From Azolla caroliniana (lineage: Eukaryota; Plantae; Polypodiophyta), in contig JBHGNT010000005.1 in assembly GCA_043228905.1 (NCBI GenBank), positions 14,322,001-14,386,000 on the forward strand: a stretch of 64,000 bases of DNA, read 5' to 3'. Below are positions 38,732-50,723 of the stretch, in pieces (within the stretch, counting starts at the first letter, position 1; each line of letters begins with the position of its first letter). A program made the translations under genes and the position numbers. The notes below the pieces were generated by a model. It had not been told where the DNA came from. It searched no databases and saw only the letters and a list, made by a program, of their open reading frames with translations.

Positions 38732-39828
38732 CCTTCCGTCCCTTGGGTGTTACATCAGTTAATTCCCAAGTCTCTAGAACCATTGTGGGGAAAGTCTCTT
38801 CATGGTCATCGTCTACCCTCTTCACCTCGACATCATTCTCCACGGCTATCTCTGCAGACTCATGGGCCTCGTACCCATTGTCTTCGTCGATCACGCAAGC
38901 TTTTCTCATGCTTGCTTCTTCATCTCTTGATGTTTCGGACACAACATGTGTTCCGAAACACTTGTCTATTCTCAAAGCGGCATTCCCTACTCTTGAGTCT
39001 TCAGCCTTATGCTTAACCGTTGTTTCTCTGCAATATGAGAAGGAAACTTGTTCCACACCTTCTCTCTCGGTATTGTCATACCAAATCTAAGCTTCTGCAT
39101 CAGCCACTTCATTAACCCACATTTCTCGAGAGGTCTCTTCTTCCTCGATCACCATTTGCCTCAGTTTTTGCTCCATTTTAAGCTCCTCTTCAGCATCGAC
39201 TTGCGCCTTTAAGTTCTCAAATGTTTCTCTCATCAAAGCTTCTATGTTTAGTGTCTTCCAATCTTCTCTCTTTGAGCTCTCTTCCTTTGGTGGTGGCGTT
39301 GTCGTGAAGATTTTCGTCAATAGGCGGAAACCGGGGTGGAAGGGGCAAGTCGGTGGTGTGCAACATGTGCACATGTATACTAGGATATGGTGTATAAAAA
39401 GAGAGGGGAAAATTTTGTCCCACATTGTAAGGTCCCTCCCTCCTTGGGCTATAAAAGGAAGGGAGGGGTCACTTATGAAGGGGTTACCTATTTTGTGTGA
39501 GTAAGGTATACCACTTAGTCTAGGGTTCTCCCTCTTCCCATTTCGTTTTAGGGTTAGGGTTTCGGTTAGGGTTTTCTTCTTGGGTTTCCCTTTAGGGTTT
39601 TGCGGATAGTCATTTTGGTGCGGCCATGGCGGCCACCATTGTTGTAACCGTTCGTTGTTTTAACATAACTTGTTGAACAACTTGCCTCCGCCGATCTCTC
39701 CTTCGATGTCGTGGTCTTATTCTTTCCTCTTCTCCTCTTGAGCTAAGCCTCCATATCATGTCCTATTCTTTCTCCTCCACTCCCTAGTCCAAGACCCCCG
39801 CGGTCCCGCCCCTTCTACACGCACGCGC

Positions 39829-40469
39829 TGTCGTGACGATTTTCGGCTACGGTGTGAAACCGAGTGAGACGAATAAACCAAGGATGTGCAACATTGCACA
39901 TGCACTTAGCAAATAAACCTAGCCTAGTGGCACTTGAGTTCATATAGAGGGGTGCAAGCAAGGTTTGAACCTTGCACCTCTAAGATACAAGACAATTGCC
40001 TTACCACTAGGACAACTATCATATAGTGTAAATTTTATGTATTTCCTTTTCATATACAAATTATAGACGAAACTACCATAGAAAACCATGTGCACAAAAC
40101 CATGGTTTTAAACCCATGGTTTGTGCATGACATAAGCAAACCCGTGTGCACAAAACCATGGTTTTAGCCCATGGTTTTGTGCATGTCACGAGCATGGAAA
40201 GACCTATAAAAGCCTCTAGTTGGGCTTGTGTAAGGGGGGCTCAATATGTGATATCACCAACACCATTATCATCAATATAAAATTTGTCTTTATCTTCTTC
40301 ATATTTTTCTACTTCTCAAGTGTACAATTTTTCTTCTTCTCAAGTAAACCATTTTCATTTAATCTTACATTGATCGTCATCTAGCGTCGATAATTCCGCG
40401 AACATCCTCCCCAGTCCAAGACCCCGGTGGTCGCTCGAGTAGCACACGCACGCGCGAATCTTCGCGACA
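39829..40469 (+). mobile_element. Nested solo LTR with 4-bp TSD GCGC
   Basis: GCGC|TGTCGTGACG ... TTCGCGACA|GCGC. TATA at ~40205. Antisense tRNA-like cassette at 39949-40020. Confidence 0.9.
39949..40020 (-). ncRNA. tRNA-like A-box/B-box cassette in LTR
   Basis: Minus strand: GATAGTTGTCCTAGTGGTAAGGCAATTG...GAGGTGCAAGGTTCAAACCTTGC. Confidence 0.6.
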
Positions 40470-40891
40470 GCGCGTAACAACGCGACAGCGTGTTGCCACA
40501 TCTCATCCTCCTTTGATTGTCCATCGTAGAACATGATGTTGTCGACAAGATTCCCATCTTTCTCTTGTCATATTGCCGACATACTCTTTCAACATAGGCC
40601 CAATTTTTGGTGAGGCCATTTGCACCATCATCATCCTCAAGTCGGATTCCAATGGACTTCCTTTCCTTTAGATTTATCGATTTCACGAACATTAGGATTT
40701 TATTCACCCCCACCAATCTTCGATCCCCCTCCGAGAGTTGAGCAAAGAGACTCCCGAACTCAATGAACGCATGCATGGCACTTTGGTGGGTCTTTAATGA
40801 TGATTCCCATTGGTCGAACTCGTATAGATTGCATCTCTTTGTCTCTTTGTAGCTATATGCCTCCATGAGATATCCTCCTGCCATCTCGTTT

Positions 40892-40907
40892 CATGTCGGG
40901 TTCACCA
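40892..40907 (-). promoter_or_regulatory. Primer-binding site complementary to the tRNA-Trp 3' end (second copy ~45393-45406)
   Basis: Minus strand TGGTGAACCCGACATGAA lies 4 nt after the LTR end. It matches the plant cytosolic tRNA-Trp 3' end (..UUCACGUCGGGUUCACCA) as recalled from memory. Confidence 0.75.
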
Positions 40908-41942
40908 AAGATGTCGTGAAGATATGACAAAGATACATGAACTTGAGGTAGGACCCCGGGGCCTCCGACCATAGGATACCAAATTCATGCGTTTATGTTT
41001 TATGAATCAATCAAAATGAGAAAGTTTGGTAATTTTCTATTAACAAAGAAAAGAAAAATTACAATCTATCCCAAGAGTGGGATTCAAAAGTTTTAGGTAT
41101 ATACTGAGATTAATAGATAAGAAAAATTAGGGTTTTTGAGAGATATGGCTTCCGTAAGGAAATTAGGGTTTTTCGAGAGATATGGCTTCCGTAAGGAAAA
41201 TTAGGGTTTTTCGAGAGATATGGCTTTTGTAACATAAATTAGGGTTTTTCGAGAGATATGGCTTCCGTAAGGAAAATTAAGGTTTTTCGAGAGATGGCTT
41301 CGATAAGAAAAAATTAGGGTTCAATCAAGAGATGGCTTTGATAAGAATAAAATTAGGGTTCATTCGAGAGATGGCTTTGATAGAAAAAATTAGGGTTCAT
41401 TCGAGAGATGGCTTTGATAAGAAAAAATTAGGGTTTATTCGAGAGATGGCTTCAATAAGAAAAGAAAATAGGGTTAGGGTTGCCTGTGATAGATTTTTCC
41501 TTCCCCTCTATGAGAAAAAAAATTGCTCTCTCCTTCTCTCTTTAGTGATAAATTTCTCTCTTCCCTTTTGTTAGATTCCCCCAAAAATTATTGCTCTCCC
41601 CATTAATTGCATGTTACCACTCGAAGATACACTTGCATGAAGGAACTCCAGTTTGCATCCCCCCAGTTCAGTTGCATGCATCCCACTTAGCGTTTTCTTT
41701 AGTTCCATGGACTTCACGTTGTCGTGTCTTTCGGCGCTGGATCGTTGCGTGAGTCAGATGGGAACCACTGGGGTTTTAGACTATGAAGAGGAAGAATTTG
41801 AGATGAGTCTAGATATGAATAGATTGTAAGAAAGAGAGATAGAAAACTTGTGAATTCCACAAGTATAATGAATCTTCTTAATCAATATATAAATAAGAAT
41901 ATGACTTTAGATTGAAAGAGAAGAATATACAAACCTCGTGAA

Positions 41943-42434
41943 TAGGGATCGACAACGGTTCGGTTTAGGCTTAGCCGGTTTGGCTTGGATCAGGCCAAAC
42001 CGGTTAAGCCTAAACCGTTTTGGGGATCTCAAACAAGAACCGGTTTGGTAAACGGCTTAGAAACTTGTTTTTGACCCGGCTTGGAAACCTCCCCCTCTCT
42101 CTCTCTCTCAGATGATGGACCACTATATAGTATACATTGTGCAAGATCTCCCTGAGACTCTCTCTCACGTCTGTGTGGTTTCGATTCTCCTTCTCTCTCC
42201 CTCTCTCTCCCCTTATCTGTTGTCTTCCTCCCTCTCTCTCCCTCTCTCTCCCCTTATCTGTTGTCTTCCTCCCTCTCTCTCTCTCTCTCTCCCCTTGACT
42301 GTTGTCTCCCTCCCTCTCTCTCCCTCTCTCTCCCCTTATCTGTTGTCTTCCTCCCTCTCTCTCTCTCTCTCTCCCCTTGACTGTTGTCTCCCTCCCTCTC
42401 TCTCTCTCTCTCCCCTTGTCTGTTGTCTCCCTCC

Positions 42435-42475
<41 letters not shown>

Positions 42476-42718
42476 CTTGTCTGTTGTCTCCCCCCCTCTC
42501 TCTCTCTTTCTCCCTCTCTCCCTCTCGCTCTACAATTTCTAAACGGCTTACCTACCTTAATTGACTTAGTATGCTAGCGCCGGTTTGGCGAGGCTCAAGC
42601 CAAGCCAAGCCGAGCTCAAACCGTTAAGGCAAGTTCAAGCCTAAACTGAGCCGCTAAGCCGCTTTAAGCTGGTTAAGACAAACAATTTAGGCTTGAGCCG
42701 AGCCGTTGCCGATCCCTA
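41943..42718. mobile_element. hAT-type MITE (776 bp) inserted in an LTR
   Basis: Terminal inverted repeats TAGGGATCGACAACGG / CCGTTGCCGATCCCTA. 8-bp TSD CTCGTGAA. Absent from the sister LTR (~45625). Internal CT-rich minisatellite ~42190-42530. Confidence 0.95.
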
Positions 42719-43087
42719 CTCGTGAATCCCACGAGTATAGTTTATTAATCGGTAATTTAGAAACATATCCAATTTCCAAAGATTTTCCCCCCTATTACAT
42801 TGTGCTCCCCATCCTTATATAGTGATGAGAGAGTATTAGCAATACATGCTTTTTCTCTAACTATGAACTTTATGATTTTTCTATCAATAGACTATATGCT
42901 TTCTCTAACATGTTTTTCCTAAAAGTGATTATGCGTTTTTTATGAACTATAGTGTTCATGCACGCTAGATATGCATGTGTAGCTTTTCTTTTATCACATT
43001 GCGTTTTCTTCTAACTAAAGCTTTTTTATCTAGAAAATATACATGAAATAACGTTTCTATGTGGGATATCTACTTTTTAACACTTAT

Positions 43088-43160
43088 GATGTGTTAGTAT
43101 AATGGTAAGGCTTTACATTATAAACATGGAGGTATAAGGTTTGAATCTTGCCCTATGCGT
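43088..43160 (+). ncRNA. tRNA-like A-box/B-box cassette in LTR (sister copy ~45976-46050)
   Basis: TTAGTATAATGGTAAGG...GGAGGTATAAGGTTTGAATCTTGC. Confidence 0.5.
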
Positions 43161-46100
43161 GTAATATATATTTTAATATCTCTTTCTTTTTCATCATATT
43201 TATTCAATTGGTTATTTTATATGTTTTTCACGTAGTGTACGAATTACACTACGACACTCGCCCCCTCCGAACCCACAAATCCTCCGGTATGTCCCAAAGT
43301 TGTTGGAGCTCGTTATTCTCCTTCATTCGTAATACCCTCTGTTTCTCCCGCAATGTTGGCTTTGTCTCTCCATTTTGAGCACGTCTATTCCTTCCACCCG
43401 AACCATTGTCGTCATCTGATCCACCATATTCTTCGTTCCCTCTTTGCATTGCCATGATCGGTTCTCATGGCTCCTTGTGGTCTTTTTGAGCTTAACCATT
43501 CATGTCTCATGCATGTGCCACCTTCGTTCCGACCGTCTCCTTGGTCAAGACACTCCGCACTTTGTCCACCTTCGTCGTACAATCTCGCGTTAGAGTTAAC
43601 AATCTTCATATTATACCCCTCCTTTGTCGAGATCTCATCCTCGGTAACACCCTTCAAATCCGCTTGGCCCGCTTGGTCCTTGCCATCCGTGGTAGTGTCT
43701 TTTCTTGGCCTCTTTCTTGTCTTCATCAACCTCGACTTCTTTCTGGATCGGTCTCGTCCAATCGGCTTTCAGTTGGATTAGCTTCTGATCAGATTCGTAT
43801 TCAGCCGAATCACACTCGGTTGATCAGTTTCGATCGAGTAGGCCCCCTTCCGGGTCAGGTTCGATCAATCAGTTTCGATCTGGGTTGTCTTTCTTTTACT
43901 CATGTTCATTGGGCTCAACCGGTTCAACCTCCGTCTGAGTCGGATTAGCTTCTTTCCCGATCAGTCTCATCCAATCTGCTTCTAGCTGGAACAATTTCCA
44001 TCTGGGTCAGGCTCGACCGATCGGATTTTGGCCGAATCCACTTCCGCTTGGTTTGGCTTTCGTTTAGATCAGAATTTCGGACGGATCATCTTCCATCCGA
44101 ACTGGCTTCCGACTTTACCTTCCTTGCCGCCATCTCCCATCTCTCCAGTCTCACGTTGGTTCTCGGACACAACCGTCGAAGTCTTTAGAATTAGTGGGCA
44201 GGAATCCTCGGTATTATCATCCTCCGTCGTTTCACCCATAGCCACCTTCTCGGCTATCTCTCCATCGTAGGCATTAGCTTCGACCTTCGTTTTCTCTCCA
44301 ACACCTTCCGTCTCTTCGGTCTCACATTACCTTTCGAACGCAACCACCAAAATCTCTGGAATTAGTGGTGGGAAAGTCTTGATACGACCATCAGCCATTC
44401 ACTCGTCCATAGGCACCTCTGATTCAATGTCATCTTTCGTGGCTACCTCCTCAGTCACGTCCGCCTCACACTCTCTATCTCCCTCGATCATGCAAGCATA
44501 GATTATGCTTACCCCTTTCTCACCCGATGTTTCAGACACTCGTATCCCGAAACCGTTTTCCACCCTTGAAGTAGCATTCGCCACTCTCAAGTCATCGACC
44601 TTATCCTTGATCGTTGTTCTTTTGCAAGAAGAGAGGGTGTCTTGTTCTATACCCTCTCCCATGGTACTGACGAATCGTACTTCGGCCTTCGTATCAGCCA
44701 CATCGTGCATCCTTAATCGATCATCCCTTATAACCCATGTTGTTGCCGATGATATCTCGTCTTCCTCTTATCATATCTTCGGCATACTCTTTCGACTTCA
44801 GCCCAATCCTCGGTAAGGCCATTTGCACCGTCATCATCTTCGAGTTTGATCCTGGTGGCCATCATTTCCCTTTGATTGATCGTTCTTACAAACATTAGGA
44901 CTTTATCCATCCCCACCAATCGTTGTTCCCGCTCCGAGAGTTGAGCAAAATCATACTCAAACTCTAGGAATGCTTGTGTCGCGCTTTGGTGGATCTTTGT
45001 CGATGCCACCCACTAGTCAAACTTGCATCGATCACGTCCCCTCGATCTCTCATAGTCATATGCCTCTCGTAAAGCTTCTACAAAGGACCCCCATGTCGAG
45101 TTTTGTTGCCGTATCTTGTGTATTCTCTCTTGTAGCTCATTCGTGGCCACCCGACTCAAGGATATCACTCGCAATCCTTCCGGTATCCCGCATTGCATCA
45201 TCTCCGCCTTGTAGTCACGTAGATAGCGTGACACATCATTTCCATTGAATTGTCCGTTTCTTTCCACAAGCCGCTCTACTGCCGATTTGATCTCCGACAT
45301 TGTGTGTTGTTCTTGTAGTATGCGGTTGAGCATCATCATCATCATGGTCATCGCCTCTTGTTGATTCTCCATCTCCTTGCCACCCGTTTTCCCGTCGGGT
45401 TCACCAAATGTGCCATGCCTTTCGGTGTCAAATCATTGCGTGAGTCGGATGGGAACTGCTGGGATTTTGGACTAGGATAAGGAAGAATTTGAGATGAGTC
45501 TAGATATGAATAGATTGTAAGAAAGAGAGATAGAAAACTTTTGAATCCCACAAGTATAATGAATCTTATTAATCAATATATAGATAAGAATATGAATTTA
45601 GATTGAAAGAGAAGAATATAGAAACCTCGTGAGTCCCACAAGTATAGTTTATTAATCAGTATTTTCCAAAGATTTTCCCCCTATTACATTGTGCTCCCCA
45701 TCATTATATAGTGATGAGAGAGTCTTAGCAATCCATGCTTTTTCTCTAACTATGAACTTCATGCTTTTTCTATCAATAGACTATATGCTTTCTCTAACAT
45801 GCTTTTCCTAAAAGTGATCATGTGTTTTTTATGAACTATATAGTGTTCATGCACGCTAGATGTGCATGTGTAACTTTTTCTTTTATCATGCGTTTTCTTC
45901 TAACTAAAGCTTTTTTATATAGAAAATATACGTGAAATAACATTTCTATGTGGAATATCTACTTTTTTACATTTATGATGTGTTAGTATAATGGTAAGGC
46001 TTTACATTATAAACATGGACGTGCAAGGTTTGAATCTTGCCCTATGCATGTAATATATATTTTAATATCTCTTTCTTTTTCTTCATATTTATTCAATCGG

Positions 46101-46334
46101 TTATTTTATATGTTTTTAACGTAGTGTACGAATAACACTATGACAACGTTTAGTTACGACATGTTACCACTCGATGATACACTTACATGAAGGAGCTCTA
46201 GTTTGCACCCCCCAGTTCAGTTGCATGCATCCCACTTGGTGTTTTCCTTAGTTCCATGGACTTTATGTTGAGTTACAGCATCCCACATAACGTTTACTTT
46301 ACTTGCATGGCCTCCACGTTCAGTTATGGCCCGT

Positions 46335-49300
46335 TGTCGCAATTTTCCGCGGGTACGTGTCGAAAGGGGCGGGACCACGAGGGTCTTGGACGAGGAAAAG
46401 ATGGATGTTGAGAAGCCGACTCCCTCCGGTCCCGGCTGCACCGGTTGTGGTGCAAACCGGTGCGATTCCGGACGCATACCGGCGGTTACTGAACATGGGA
46501 GAGGGAGAGAGAGAGAGACCACACGCGCAACACCGACTCAACACACGCCTCTTATGTACAGGAAACAAAGGGAAAGAAACACACTCGATACCAACAGAAA
46601 TACAAATATGCACAACCTTTTATATATTTAATTACAAGAGCAAGATACAACTCCGGCTTCAAGCCGGACCAAGGAAGGTTAGGTTACAACAGTCGTCTAC
46701 TGCCAAGTCGCCGATCTGGGAGCTCTCAGGCTCGTCGCGCCAAGCGGGGTCTTGCACAAGAAACCGAGCAGAAGCAAACCCCATTGAACATACAAGCTCT
46801 TCACCAGACTAAACCCTAAATATACACGAAGGAGAAGAAGAAGTCGAAAGCTGCCAAGATGAAACCCTAAACGAAATAGGGTGAAAAGACCAAAGTACAA
46901 ACCCTAAGGGAATAAGAGAAAGATGAAGACCAAGAACTGCCAAACCCTAAATCTACAAACCCTTCGCATCGTCCCGATTCTCGTTCCGCGTTGATCTCCA
47001 CTACCTTTGTCCCCTAGCCGCCACCTACCTTCTCCTTGCTCTTACATTGCCATGGAGACCGAACTGCCAAGGTCTCCAGAACTAGTGTGGAGGATCCCTC
47101 TCCGGCCTTCTATGTGAGATCCCCTGTGCCAGCAACCCATCGTCACGCCTTTATTCCCGCTTCGGCACCTCCGTGTGCCACACATCCCCTTATCGTGTTC
47201 AGCTCCATCCATGCCGAACTCTGGTTACTTTCCATGCACGCGTCATCGGCCCTCGCCCGAGCAGATCGTGCATCGCCGCTTCTCCGCGTACTGGTGTCCT
47301 CCGCGTTCGAGGAACACCCGATAGTAACCCACTTGGCCACTTTCGTCTTGTGTTGTTGCCTCAGGTTTGGAGCCTTCCGCTTGGCGTCGTCCCCTCGCCC
47401 CCACCAGCTTGTTACCTCGGGTTTGGCTTGCCACGCCAGTCGTTGCCACTCCGACTGCGCCGCCGAGATCTCTGAAGCGGGTGTGGAGGATCCTTCTCCG
47501 GCCCTTGATCCTGTTTCTGGTCTCCAATCCGTGCAGTCTGTTATGCGCTCATGCTCTCATTCCTAGCACCGTCGTGTGCCGTCTTCCGCCTTCCTTGTTC
47601 AACATCGCTTGTGTCGAATGTCGTCCCGTACCCGTGCTTTGCTTTGGCCCTTGCTGGCCACTTGCACGTCTCTTGCTCCACTCTCGGGTGTGCCCTTTCC
47701 GGCTCAGCACACCGTTCCTTGAGCGGGTGTCCCCGACAACTTATCCGAAGATCACCCTCGCCGCGTCTCGGCCCGCATGGCCTCCTTCATTCCCGTGACG
47801 CCTCGGCGATTCAGTGCTTTTGCTGTTGCCGCCTTCCATTACCCTCGGTCTCACGTTGCCACGTCGGCCGAACTGCCGGGGTTTCTGGATAGGTGTGAAG
47901 GATTCTTCTTGGGCCTCCAATTTGTTGGGTCACCAACTCGTGTACCGAGCGCATCCGATCTTTGTCTTGCGGACTCTAGTGGTTTGGTCTATATCCAGTT
48001 CGTGGGCTCATCGCTAGCCTGATACCTCTTTCCGCTCTTTTTCAGCCCTTTTGCTTGATCCCGTTCACCTACCGCCACCGTCCTTCTCTCTCTAAGTCTC
48101 ATGCCGGTTTTTGGGCCGACTGCCGAAGTCTCTGGATCGATGTGAGGATCTCCATAGGATCGCCCATCCGCACATCCCACATCGTCGGTTCCCGTTTCTT
48201 GCCACCACAATCCTTCTCACTCGGTCTCACGTTGCCATGTCAGCTTGAACTGTCGGTGTCTTCGGATCCGTGTGGGGATCCCATAGGACCGTCTTCCACG
48301 TTGTCTTCCGACCAGGTCGGTTCTCGACTCTCTGTCCTTCGTCCTTGCCGGAAGGCCCGATTTCAGTTAGTGGCCGCCTTGCCGGCCCTAAAACCGCCAT
48401 GCCCGCTTGTTCTCTCTTGCCGCATCGCCGGTTCCCATTTCCTGTCGCCACCATCCTTCTCACTCAATCTCACGTTACCATGTCGGTGTCTCTAGAACAG
48501 TGTGAGAACCTCATAGGACCGTCCTATCGTTGCCTTTGCCCTCGTCCCCTTACCGCCACCGTCAATCTCTTGGTCTTATGTCGACTCCGCTTCCGACCGC
48601 TGAAGTCTCTAGATCCGGTGTGAAGGATCCTCCTTGGGCCTCCCATTTTTCCAATCCTATCCCAGGTCTTCCTTCTTCGCATGTCGAGAGGGTAGCTTGC
48701 TCCACACCTTCTCTCATGGTACCGATGTACCGTGTTCCGGCCTCCCCGTAGGGCTGCTTCTTCCTCCCTTCCGGATCGGTTATTTGGAAGTCCGCTGTCA
48801 TGTTGTTTTTCACACACGATATGAAAACTATATAAAAAAATAATGAAATAATTATTTTAGATTAGATTAGTAGCTTGTTATAGGAATATGGATGTACTCA
48901 AGAGCTTCAAAACGTATTTTACTTGATACAAAATAGACAACTACATATCAAATTATGAGAACATCAAGCTTGAGAAGATAGGGAAATATGATTTATCCCA
49001 CATAGATAAGAAATTTAAGGCCCTGGCTATATAATCACATTGAGATCCCTTATTTCTCATTTGTGCTAAGAGCACTTTGGCTACTTTGTCTAGATGGATG
49101 AATGTGGCTAAGTTTCTAGAACTGGTCGGCAATGAAATGGGACTGGCTGGTAATCAAACTAGAACCGACCAGCAATCAAACTGGAACCGGTTGGTCGTCA
49201 AATCGGAACCGGCCGGCAATGAAACCCGAACTGGCCGGAAAGCAAACTGGAACCGGTCGGGAAAGCAAATTGGAACCAACCGGTAAGCAAACCGGAACCG

Positions 49301-50723
49301 GCCGATGAGCAAATCGGAACTGGCCAAAAAGCAAACCGGAACCGGGCGAAGCCGGCAACCGGAAATTGGCGACCGGACGGAACCGGTGATCGGGCGGAAC
49401 CGGCGACCGGACGAGGCTGGACGCAGACCGGACGGATCAAAGCATGGGCTAAACTTTACGGATTATTGGATCATGTGGCAAATTAAAGTAAAGTAAAGAA
49501 AACTAAAGTAAAGGCCATGTGTACGGTCGCATGCAACTAAAAGAAAAAGCCATGCAACTAAAAATGGATGCAACTAAAAGTAGAGTCTATGCAACTAAAA
49601 GTGGGCATGCAAAGTAACATTGAAGGCTATGATCAACGGAGAACTCCATATATATTCCATTTTTTTCCCTACACTCATCCTCTCTCAATTTTTATTTTCT
49701 TTTCCTTCTTAGCTCCCTTATCTTATTGAAGCCATAACACTCAAAAACCTTGATTTTCCCTACGGAAGCCATAACACTCAAAAACCCTAATTTTCCCTAC
49801 GGAAGCCATATCTCTCAAAACCCCTAATTTTTCTTTTCTATTAATCTCAGTAAACCTAAAACTTCTGAATCCCAATCTTGGGGCATATTGTAATTTCTTT
49901 TCCTTTGTTAATGAAAACGATTAAATTTCTTATTTTTGTTAATTGTTAAAAATATAAAAGCACGAATGTGATATCCTCTAGTCGGAGGCCCCGGGGTCCT
50001 GCCTCAAGTTCACGCATCCTCGTCGTATTTTCGCGACACTACTCCACCCGGTTCTCATCCGGGCTCGTCCGTCACTTTGCGTTGTCAGGTCTCATTCTCT
50101 TGCCGCCACCGTTAGTATCTTGGTCTTACGTCGGATCTGATTCCAACCGCCGAAGTCTCTAGCCTGGTGTGAGGTGTCCCATAGGACCAGTCTTTGTTCT
50201 TCGCATCCGGATCAATTGTATTGGCCGTGACCTCGGTATCCTCGCCGCCACTTTCCGTCTCTTAGGTCTTCCTTTAGTTCTCGGACGCAACCGCCTAAGT
50301 CTCGAGAACGAGTGTGGAGAACCCATACTTCAATCAACCGCCTCTTTCGTTTCTCCCCGCCTCCGTCGACCTCCTTCCTTGCGCTTCCCCACCATCTCCG
50401 TTCTCTTTTGGTCTCACGTTGCCACGCCGGCCGAACTGCCAAAGTCTCCAGTCAAGATGTGGGGATACCGATTTCGTAACGACTCTTGACGACTTGTCCC
50501 AGGCCACCGACCCTTTTAATGGTATCGGTGCAAAGCATCCGCTCTATGATTGATCAAGCCCCGTCTGGGCTTGATTCTCCAATGTCCGGAGTTTTAGCTC
50601 CGATGCCGATCCCGCCAGACTCGTTCTGTACTCTCGATCATCTTCTTCCCAATTCCCGACCTTCTCCCGATCGGTCTTTTGCCCCATGTAAAAGAGGGTG
50701 GCTCGTCCCGCACCCTCTCCTGT
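46335..50723 (-). mobile_element. Ylt1-like-superfamily LTR (U5 end at 46335, extends to ~46960) followed by a GC-rich degenerate repeat region
   Basis: TGTCGC terminus with the shared U5 motif (reverse GTCCAAGACCCTCGTGGTCCCGCCCC). AAACCCTAA repeats at ~46810-46950. About ten dispersed copies of CCGAACTGCC..GTCTCTGGATCGGTGTG.GGATCC between 47060 and 50470. Confidence 0.6.
48796..50038 (+). mobile_element. Solo-type LTR of the same family as 34587-36200 (opposite orientation)
   Basis: Both ends match the reverse complement of the 34587-36200 ends. ACCGG-rich array at ~49130-49440. Flanks CCGC / CTAC do not match exactly. Confidence 0.8.

Larger units (their letters stand above)
39300..40487 (+). 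mobile_element. Solo LTR (Ylt1-like superfamily) with 4-bp TSD GCGT, itself interrupted by a second solo LTR
   Basis: GCGT|TGTCGTGAAG ... AACGCGACA|GCGT. Removing it restores the host minus-strand frame RRMRCGNT-PPPKEE. Confidence 0.9.
41720..46145 (-). mobile_element. Complete non-autonomous LTR element (Ylt1-like superfamily): LTRs 41720-43256 and 45411-46145, TSD ACGT, gag-like ORF only
   Basis: ACGT|TGTCGTGTC ... TATGACA|ACGT. The two LTRs align. PPT (CTCGCCCCCCTCCGA on +) at 43257. Trp-PBS at ~45393-45406. gag-like 45372-44728 (GQFNGNDVSRYLRDY..LTEDWAEVERVC). No PR/RT/INT seen. Confidence 0.92.
34587..46334 (-). mobile_element. Non-autonomous Ylt1-like Ty3 element: 3' LTR 34587-36200, PPT 36201-36217, gag-like remnants, Trp-PBS ~40892-40907, 5' LTR from 40912 (interrupted by nested insertions)
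   Basis: 34587-35330 matches 40912-41719, and the LTR resumes at 46146. The PPT is identical in type to those at 15541 and 51744. gag-like ORF 40381-40884 is homologous to 44728-45372. No pol domains seen. Confidence 0.8.

Noticed and set aside
42112-42577. Leu/Ser-rich ORFs
   Set aside because: Translation of the CT minisatellite inside the MITE.
48792-50042. TSD for the 48796 LTR
   Set aside because: CCGC versus CTAC needs two changes, so it was not counted as confirmed.
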